Assembly: GCA_963575745.1 (NCBI GenBank)
Contig: CAUYUJ010000336.1
Coordinates: forward strand, 62,001 to 126,000
Direction of reading: 5' to 3'
Source of the DNA: Prorocentrum cordatum
Taxonomy: Eukaryota
Length of the DNA: 64,000 nucleotides
Shown: piece by piece, positions 56,001 to 64,000 of the stretch
How positions within the stretch are numbered: position 1 is the stretch's first letter
How the letters are laid out: each line of letters starts with the position of its first letter
The notes under the pieces: generated by a model
Seen by the model: only the letters and a program-made list of their open reading frames with translations
The model's database searches: none
Told to the model about the DNA's origin: nothing
Translations under genes and position numbers: made by a program

Positions 56001-56450
56001 GTTGCGGGATCTTGGCATGTGGTCCTATGGCCCGAGACTTTGCGTCGGCGGCCTGTCGGCGGCCGCGAGGCAGACCGCCCGCGCCGGTGCTTTGAGAGCC
56101 TTGCGGGGTGGAGGCATATCGAGCCAGCTGCGACCCAGTGCCGTCTTCGACGCGTGACATCTGCGGCGAGGAGCCAAGGACATATGCGCGCGCGTTTTTC
56201 GCAGTCGCCCGCTCAGGGCCATCTGGAGGGCGGGGGCCGAGGAGCTATGGCGGCACAGCTGTTGGCAATGCGTGGCGGGTGCGCTGACGAAGGCCCGATT
56301 GGCCACTGGGGGGGCCCACGTGGACAATTTCGCCATGTGTGTTCGGCGCGCCCCAGGGGTGATTGGGGTTCCGACGGGTCTCTGTGGGGCACGACGGTTT
56401 TCGATGACGGGCTTGGTCCACGGGCAGCAACCCGACTCTGCGTGGATGTG
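53020..56450 (+). mobile_element. Highly decayed LINE remnant (LINE-C)
   Basis: EN-like VLGTQEH, GIWAPA..TG, GGVAV, WVALGGSN; RT-like LYESVDW and RNFGH. Boundaries are approximate. Confidence 0.6.
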
Positions 56451-56691
56451 GGCGGGCCTTTGTTTGGTTGTCCGACGGCGGGGCCCCGTTCCACGCCGCG
56501 TTTGGAGGTCTCCTCGGGCACCGGAGGCAGTCCGTCGGCAATGCTGAGAGATGGGCCCCTTTCAGCGCTGGGCAGCTGCGCGATGAGGTGGAGCTCGCAG
56601 CGTCTGACCTAGCTGCCCTGGCGGTCGAGGGGTCGCGGACTGGGCAGCCACAGTTGTCACGGCCATGGCAAAGCACGCAGTCGTCTGGCGT

Positions 56692-57672
56692 AATTGTTGA
56701 CGCTTCGCGTATCCCCACCAGCCCATCCAGAAACGATGCTCAGGGGAGTTGAGGTGATCAGGGAAGTCGGGGAGCATGCAGAATAACAAAGGGCGGGGGA
56801 AGCTGTCACAGACCCCGAGAGGGGGAGGATGGAAGAGGAGTCGTCGTCGTCGTCGTCGTCGGAGGAGGAGGAGGAGGAGGAGGGGGAAGAGGAGGAGGAG
56901 GAGGAGGAGGAGGAGGACGGAGAAGGAGGAAGAATCGGAGGAGGAGGAGGAGGAGGGGAAGGAGCTTCTTGGGGGTCTTTTGAGGGCCTCTTGGAGGGCT
57001 TTTTGGGCGCCTTGGGGCATCTTGGGCGCCTCTTGGGACCCTCTTGAGGCGCTCTGGGGAGCCTTCGGGGCGCTTTTGGGGCCATCTTGGAGGGAGTCGA
57101 TCAAACAAGAGGGGGGGTTTAATTAGCGTCCCCCCTCGGAAGCCCCTAAAATCGCCTCTTGGACCCCTCTTGGAACGCTCTTGGAGTGCTCTTGGGCGCT
57201 CTTGGGGCCGTCTTGGGGCTCTTTTGGGGCTCTCTTGGGGCCCTCTTGGGCCATCTTGGAGCCATCTCCAGGCCTCGGATGGCCATCGGAAGCGAAAAGG
57301 CGAGAAAGCAAAAATCATTGATTTTCCTTAGGTTTTGGGACGATTTTGGCCTCTTCGGGGCCTCCTTGGGGAGCTGTTTGGCCACTTGGAGTTATCTTGG
57401 GGCCGTCTTTGGGCTTCTTGGAACCATCTTAGGAGCCATCGTGAGCGATCTTGCGCTATCTTGAGCCATCTTGGAGCTCATCTTGGGTTCTCTGAGGCGC
57501 TCTTGGAGCCGTCTTGGGCCATCTTGGACGCTCTAACTACCCGCGGCCCCCCCCGTCCAGGTCCAGGGGAGGGGGTAGGGGGAGGGGTAAACCCCTCCCC
57601 AAGGGGGAAGAGGGAGGGGTGGAAGAGGATCTGCTCTAGACCACCTACGCCCAGAGGGCTGGTGGGATTTTT
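56692..57672 (-). mobile_element. Non-autonomous Helentron/DINE-like element
   Basis: Sub-terminal inverted repeats ATCCC(C)ACCAGCCC at 56711-56724 and 57656-57668 (reverse complement), terminal hairpin ACGC-TTC-GCGT at 56700-56710, A/T ends, internal microsatellite and CCAAGA repeats. Confidence 0.55.
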
Positions 57673-57865
57673 CGCGTTGGTGGAGAAGCAGGGCCGTGCG
57701 CCGCTGTCCTTCGCTTGGGTGCCTTCGCGTTTGGATCTCGAAGATGCGCTCATGCAGGAGCGGGCGTTCTTCTTTTTGGTCCCGGGGAACGCCTGGGCCG
57801 ACGCGTTCTTTCTGTTACGTTGCGATTTCCGTTGCAAGAAATGTATCACTCAAGTCCTGTGATAA

Positions 57866-60800
57866 GGTGTTCACGAGTCGGGCCATGCAGTGCAGCCAGT
57901 CAGAATATCACGAGTACGCGTCCGAGTTGGAGTCTGCGAGCATTTCGAGCGATGATATCGCCCCGCCCGATAAAACGTACTCGTCCTTGTTCAGAGCGTT
58001 GCTCTCCCTGACGGGGCAGAGTCGCCAGTGCCTCCGCCGCTCCCTCCCCCGCCCGAACTTGCCCCTGTGTCGGACATCGTTGGGCGTCTTGGGCATGGAG
58101 GTGCAGCTCGCTGGGAGGCCCTTTGCTGCGGGCTGTGCGGCGCGCGTCAAGTTTCGGGTGGCAGCGCCAAGAGCATCGCCCAATTGCACATGCAGTTCTC
58201 AATCCCTTTCCGGTGTCGCGGGTTGGTTGATCAGGAGGAGGCTCGTGGAAACATTTCAAATGGTCGCCAGGAGGCCCTGTCCTCACCCTCGTCCTCGTCC
58301 GTGCCCCCGTCCCTGCCCGATCTGGTTTTCGCCTGCGCTCGCAGGATTGCTGCCCCAGCCACAACGCTGTGGAGTCGTTCCGCTTCGCGCAGCTGGTCGC
58401 GAACAAGGCCACCTCCCACTCCCACTTTTTGCTTTGGTGGAGGAGCGAGGTTTGAGGATCGCAGGTTTCGGCCGTGTGCTGTTTTGATTGCGCGCTCCGA
58501 GGCCTCCAGGGAGTTCCCAGGGCCTCGGGAGAAGGGGGAGGAGGAAATGTGAAGGCGTAGGAGTTGGAGGAGGGGGATGGGAATGTGAAGAGGGAGGGGC
58601 AGAGGGACGACGATGACTGGGCGCGGAGCGGCGGCATGCCGCGCGGCGGAACGGGGGGCGTCGCTTCGGAGCGCCGCTTAGACTGGAGCGACAGCTGGCG
58701 GACTGCTCCCGGCACGGGCGGCGGGCACCCAGGAGGAGGGCTGCGTCCTCCTCGCGCTCGCCGCCGCTCTCCGGGCCCCGGCCAGCGCGTCGCTTCCACT
58801 CTGTGGATGGCTGCGAAAGCCCGCGTGCAACTGGAACCTATTCATAGAGTTGTGGGACCGCCTTCGGTTCGGAGGGATGGGCAAGGGATGGACAAGGGAA
58901 CGAGAGACACTTGATGACGAAGAAGGGTAGGAGTGGGACGATAATGAGGATGAGGATGAGGATGATGAGGATGAGGGTGAGGGTGAGGGTGAGGGTGAGG
59001 ATGAGGATGATAATGAGGATGATTAATGATGCTGCTGATGCTGATGGTGATGATAATGCTGCTGATGATGAAGCTGAAGAAGAAGGAGGCAATACTGATG
59101 CTGATGATGGTGGCGGTGATGATGATAATGATGGTGATGCTGATGCTGATGCTGTTGCTGATTCTGATGACGATGGTGATGATGCTGATAATGATACTGA
59201 TGATGATGCTGATGATGATGGTGATGATGCGCCTTCAGGTTGTGGTGGTGGATTATGCTTAAGATGTTGATGGTGGTGAGGATGATGCTGATGATGAGGA
59301 TGACGATTATGACTATGATGAAGTTGACGGTGATGCTGATACTGATGATGATCATGATGATGTTGGTGCTGATGATGATGCTGATGATGATGATGATTTT
59401 GATGATGATGCTGATGATGATAATGCTGATTGTGGGGGTACTGCTGCTGCTGAGGATGGTGATGCTGCTGGTCATGATGATGCTGATGATGGTGCTGAAG
59501 GCAAATATCAATATACCTATGCAGACGGCGAGTACGATGACGATGCTGATGATGATGATGATGATGATGATGACGATGATGATGATACTGATAGTTATGA
59601 CGCCGATGACGATATTGGTAACGTTGATGATGATGCCGATGATCTTGCTGATGATTATGCTGCTGATATTGATGATGATGAGGATGTCGATGGAGTTGGT
59701 GGTGGTTTGATATGATGATGATGATGGTGGTGGTGGTGATGATGATGCTGCTGAGGATGATTATGATGCTGATGATGACGAGGATAAGGATCAGGATCAT
59801 AATGAGGGTGATGATGCTGATGATGATGAGGATGAGGAGGATGATGCTGAGGATGATGATGCTGATGATGACGATGATGCTGATGATGCTGATGTTGCTG
59901 ATGATGCTGCTGATCATGATGCTGCTGATGATGATTATGATGATGATGATGATGATGATGATGCTGATGATGATGATGATGCTGATCACATGTATGATGC
60001 TGATGCTGATGCTGATGATGATGATGCTGATGATGATGATGCTGATGAAGATGAATATGAAGATGAATATGTTGCTGCTGCTGCTTCCGCTGCTTCTGCT
60101 GCTGCATGTTGATGATGCTCATAAACGTGGATCATGATGAGGATGGGAATGAGGATGAGGAGGATGAGGAGGAGTAGAAAGAGGGTGAGGAGGAGGACGA
60201 GAAGGAGGAGGATGTATGGGGATGAGGATGAGGAGGCGAAGGAAGAGGAGGAGGAGGAGGAGGAGGAGGAGGAGGAAGAGGAACAGGAGAAGGAGTAGGA
60301 GCAGCTGGATGGAAAGAGGAGGAGGAGGAGGAGGAGGAGGAGGAGGAGGAGGAGGGGGAGGATACGGAAGAGGACAACGAAACGACGACAAGGAGGCAGC
60401 CGCAGAGCAGGAGGAGGTGTTGGCTCGGTGCCCGCCGGGTGGCGGATCCTTCTCCGCCGCGGGCCGAGACAGTCCTCGCCGTCGTCGCCGCCGCCGTCGC
60501 AGCCGCCGTCGCCGTTGTCGCCGTCCGGCACCTGGGCGGCCGCCGTGTCACAGGAGCCCGGCCGCGCGGCGTCTGCGCGGCCAGGCGGCGGCAGGCGGCG
60601 CCGTCAGCATCGCCATCGCCAGCGCTGCCCGTGAGAGGGGCGGGGTGGGTCGGTTCGGGGACGGGCTGGCCCGGGTCAGCGCCAATCGCCAACCCAGGTT
60701 TCCCAGTGCTCGGTACCATGCCCGGGATTCAGGCCCGCCGCGAAGTAAGCACCTCTCAAGGAACGCTGGGGGATGGTCTGGGTATTGGGCCTCATTTCCC

Positions 60801-62250
60801 AGACCTGGTCTGGACCTCGGGAGCACTTCGGGAAGATGCGGCGCCGAAGGAGGACGGTGCCCTGGCCAAGGTGCGGGCGTGCACCCCGTTCGGACGTGGT
60901 GCCTGCCAACCTCCCTCTGGGCCCTGGCGAGGCCTGCATCATCTCAGCGGAGTGCCTCCCCGCCGAGATGGAGGAGTGGGAGGGCATCGTCCACTTCGTG
61001 GACGTCGCTGGCACGCGCCAGATGGTGCAGGAGGCACCCGTGGGGGGGCGCAGCATGCTGCTACCGCGGCCCGTGTGGCCCCCTACCTGGCAGATTTGTA
61101 GATGCGTCCTAGTAGGGCCTGGCTGGGCCTCCAGTTCCATCGGGGACATGTGGGGACCTCTGGGAACTTCCGATTGCTTCGGGAGGCCAGCAGGATGAGG
61201 ATGAGGAGGAGCAGGAGGAATAGGAAAGGAGGAGGAATGGGACGAAGGAGAAAGGGGACGGCGAGGCGAAGGAGTGAGAGAGGAGGAAGGAGGACAGCTC
61301 GAGGAGTGGAGGGGAAAGGTGCGTGGGGGTGAGGGAAATGTGGGGGAGGACCCGCTGAGGCAGTTTCGCGTGTTCCAGCGGGGGGAGGTGCAGTCGCGTC
61401 CCGCGATCGACGCGCAGTTCGATCTCGATTGCGGTCCACGGGTGCGTAAGCACCGACTAGGTGAGTTGGCAAGAATAACGTAGCCCATCGTAGTTCGAAG
61501 GCAGTGGAATATCAACCAAGTCAGTCACGACCGCGTCCAAGCTTGTCGCAATTCTCCTGCACATTTCCTCTTCTTTCCCCCTGTCCTCTCCTGCCCCCCC
61601 TGCACCTGCTCCTATTCCGCCCTATCCCTGTCACTGCCTGTATTTTCCTCCCCTGTCCTCTCCTATCCCCCCGTGCCCCGTTCCCCCTTCCTCCTCCCCT
61701 ACCTCTCCCCTCTGCCTGCCCGTATCCTCCTCGTGTATTATCTTGCCACCGCCCCTGTCCGAACCTGCCCCATCCCCCTATTGGGTAGCAAGCCACGGGG
61801 GCCTTGTACGCCCTCGAGATTCAAATAGAGTGCATTCGCGTCGAACCGTGTCTGGTAATCGATGCAATCGCGTCGATGGCATCTGGAAGGCCCCCATGAG
61901 CTGGCACCGAGCCTTCCCCGTCATTCCAGCCCTCACCCACGGCCGACCGCCCTGCCCTGGGTGTGCGGGGCACGCCCTCTTGGCTGGGGAGATCTCGAGG
62001 AGGAGGAGGTTGGGAAGAGGGTGGGAGGGAGGGAAAGCGGGAGGGATGGAGACAGGGAAGGAGGGAGGGAGGGAGGGATGGAGGAGGAGGAGGAGGAGGG
62101 AAGAGGTGAGGAAAGATGAGGAGGAATCACCCAGCTGTTGCCCGCCCCCGCTTCCGCCCGTCGGCGTTCTGACGCGAAGGTCCAGAAGGACGTCCAGAAA
62201 TGCCAGACCAACAGTTACGCCCTGTTCAAAGAGAGATTCGCCCCCGCGAG
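57866..62250 (+). other. Candidate micro-exons of an unidentified host gene
   Basis: Short stop-free, GC3-rich blocks bounded by AG and GT/GC, e.g. 58345-58407 (DCCPSHNAVESFRFAQLVANK), 60803-60870, ~60932-61033, ~61360-61441 and ~62180-62250. Confidence 0.3.
58912..60400. repeat. (GAT)n/(GCT)n and (GAG)n microsatellites
   Basis: Read directly from the sequence. Confidence 0.95.
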
Positions 62251-63369
62251 GCTTCTCAACAGAACAGGCGTCCCTCCTATTCGTCCATTATCATCTTCCT
62301 CTCCGTCCCTCAGCCTCTCTTCGTCCCTGTCCCTCTGCGGTGATCTCTATCTCAGGCTGCCCGTCCAACTGCTTGTCGGCCTACCTACCGGCCAGCCAAC
62401 CTTGAACGCTAACCAATTCCCTTGCGCGTGCTGATCGGAATTCGCATATAAATGTCGAATGTTTTCAATATGTTTGTACGCTCTACGCCTCATCATCCAC
62501 CCCTCTTCTTTACTGTGAAGAACTCGTCGTCGCTACACCAGCCATGTCGGTTGGGCGGATCGTGCGTTTCGTTTTAGCCTTCCCCACCATTCACGACCCT
62601 GGGAATTTTGCAGTAAGGATAGTCTGCGGACGGTGTTAAACTGTGGCTGTAGCCATTGGAGGGAGAGAGCGATCTATCGTCGCATGGTTGCTCCCCCCCC
62701 TCTGGGAACCCTGGGGTGGGGGGAAGGTCCAGGAGTAGGAGAAATCACAACCAAGTAGGACGGATTCCAACCATTTTGTTCCCAATCCCAACCAATTGGT
62801 ACCAAGTACAGCTCGCTAGAAGCTCTTCAATGTGTAATTGGGTTTTAGATGCTGCGTACAAGGGATCCTATTGTAGACCCAATGGCTTAATGTAAGTGGT
62901 AGCAGTTGCTTTTCTGGCCGGTTGAGAAGTGGCCAGATCGGTTGGGATTGGTCCGACATGCGGGACGGTCCCCTCCCTCCCAGGAAACCCAGGGGGGGGG
63001 AAAGGGGAGTTGAGCTTTCCCCCGACCCAGAAACCGGGGTTGGGCAGGGGTGCAGAACCCCCCCCCCGTTCGAGCCGAATGGCGGTGGTGGTGGTGGTTG
63101 AGACACTCCCCTCCCTTTCCGGAATTCGAGCAGGAATTCAAACAGGAAGGGGCGGCGGGAGGAGGAGGGCGGGGGCTGCTCCCGACGACGCGGATGACGA
63201 CGACGACGCCGTCGCCGACGAGCAGCGGGTAAACCCACGATAGGACCGAGGAATGTTCATGACACCGACGATGCGGATCGGTCGGGCAGGACACTAAATG
63301 GAACATGACAGCTCCGACGCCGACAGCAACAGCAACAACACCAACACAAACGACGACGACGACGAGCGT

Positions 63370-63910
63370 TCTAGGGCTGGATCAGCTCTATTGGAATCCT
63401 GAAGGATTGGGTCCAGGATTGATAGAATCCTACACGTGCTCGATCCAGGTCTACTAGAGCCCTGATAGGGCTGGGGTCATCTGTAATGGGATCTTACGTA
63501 GAGCTCGATCCAGCTCTAATCGAATCCTGCTATCGCGGCTGGGTCCAGCTCTAATAGAATCTCACTCGGGCCGGATCAAACTCTCATGGGCTCATACAAC
63601 GGCTCAGCCCAGTTCTCATAGAATCCTACTAGGGCTGGGTCCACCTACACTGGAATCCCAGAAAGGGTTCGGTCCAGGTCTAGTCGGTGCCTGATAGGAA
63701 GGCTGGGTCCAGCAATAATGCAAACCTACGGGGGCGCTGTCCAATCTTGATGGAATCCTACGAGCGTCTGAATCGAGCTCCAATAGAATTTCGCCTTGGC
63801 TCGATCCAAGTCTAGGATCCTACTATGGTTCGGCTGCAGCTCTTGTAGAATCCCATGATGGCTCGATCCAGATTAAGACCAGCTTACTGAGGCTCGGTCC
63901 ATCTTAGAAT
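63370..63910. repeat. Degenerate ~35-bp tandem repeat (GGGCTGGGTCCAGCTCTAATAGAATCCT-like)
   Basis: Recurrent ggctgg/ggctcgatccag...gaatcct units. Confidence 0.7.
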
Positions 63911-64000
63911 GCACCCGACTAGCGCTCAGTCGTCGTAGTCGTCGTCGTAGTCGTCGTCATCATCGTCTTCGTGATCGTCGTCGTCGGCGTCGTGATCGTC

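Noticed and set aside
58838..60531. Poly-Met/His/Ile/Asp ORFs
   Set aside because: Translations of (GAT)n and (GAG)n repeats.

Overview
Repeat-dense, GC-rich eukaryotic DNA. The retroelement families resemble those of dinoflagellate genomes (taxon inferred, not shown). No rRNA, tRNA, CRISPR array or intact host gene is evident. From left to right: (1) a decayed RNase H-bearing LINE (~490-10830) split by a younger ~6 kb LINE (~3110-9102) that has an extra ORF downstream of its RT; (2) microsatellites and a fold-back structure around a 101-bp tandem array; (3) a ~14 kb modular satellite (17080-31500); (4) the main feature, a 16.5-kb Ty1/Copia-order LTR retrotransposon (32166-48664) with 284-bp LTRs differing at 3 sites, a CCAAG target-site duplication and a tRNA-iMet-type PBS; (5) DIRS-like and LINE remnants, two small non-autonomous elements, possible host micro-exons and simple repeats. 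The LTR element's polyprotein carries unusual cargo: a complete Tpt1/KptA NAD+-dependent RNA 2'-phosphotransferase domain, a RING-H2 finger, and one degenerate plus one intact C5 DNA-methyltransferase-like domain. It also shows a probable programmed UGA read-through signal with a pseudoknot, about 40 co-varying GCGGG-GNNA-CCCGC hairpins and non-TG...CA termini. All domain calls are by-eye motif recognition; no database search was run.
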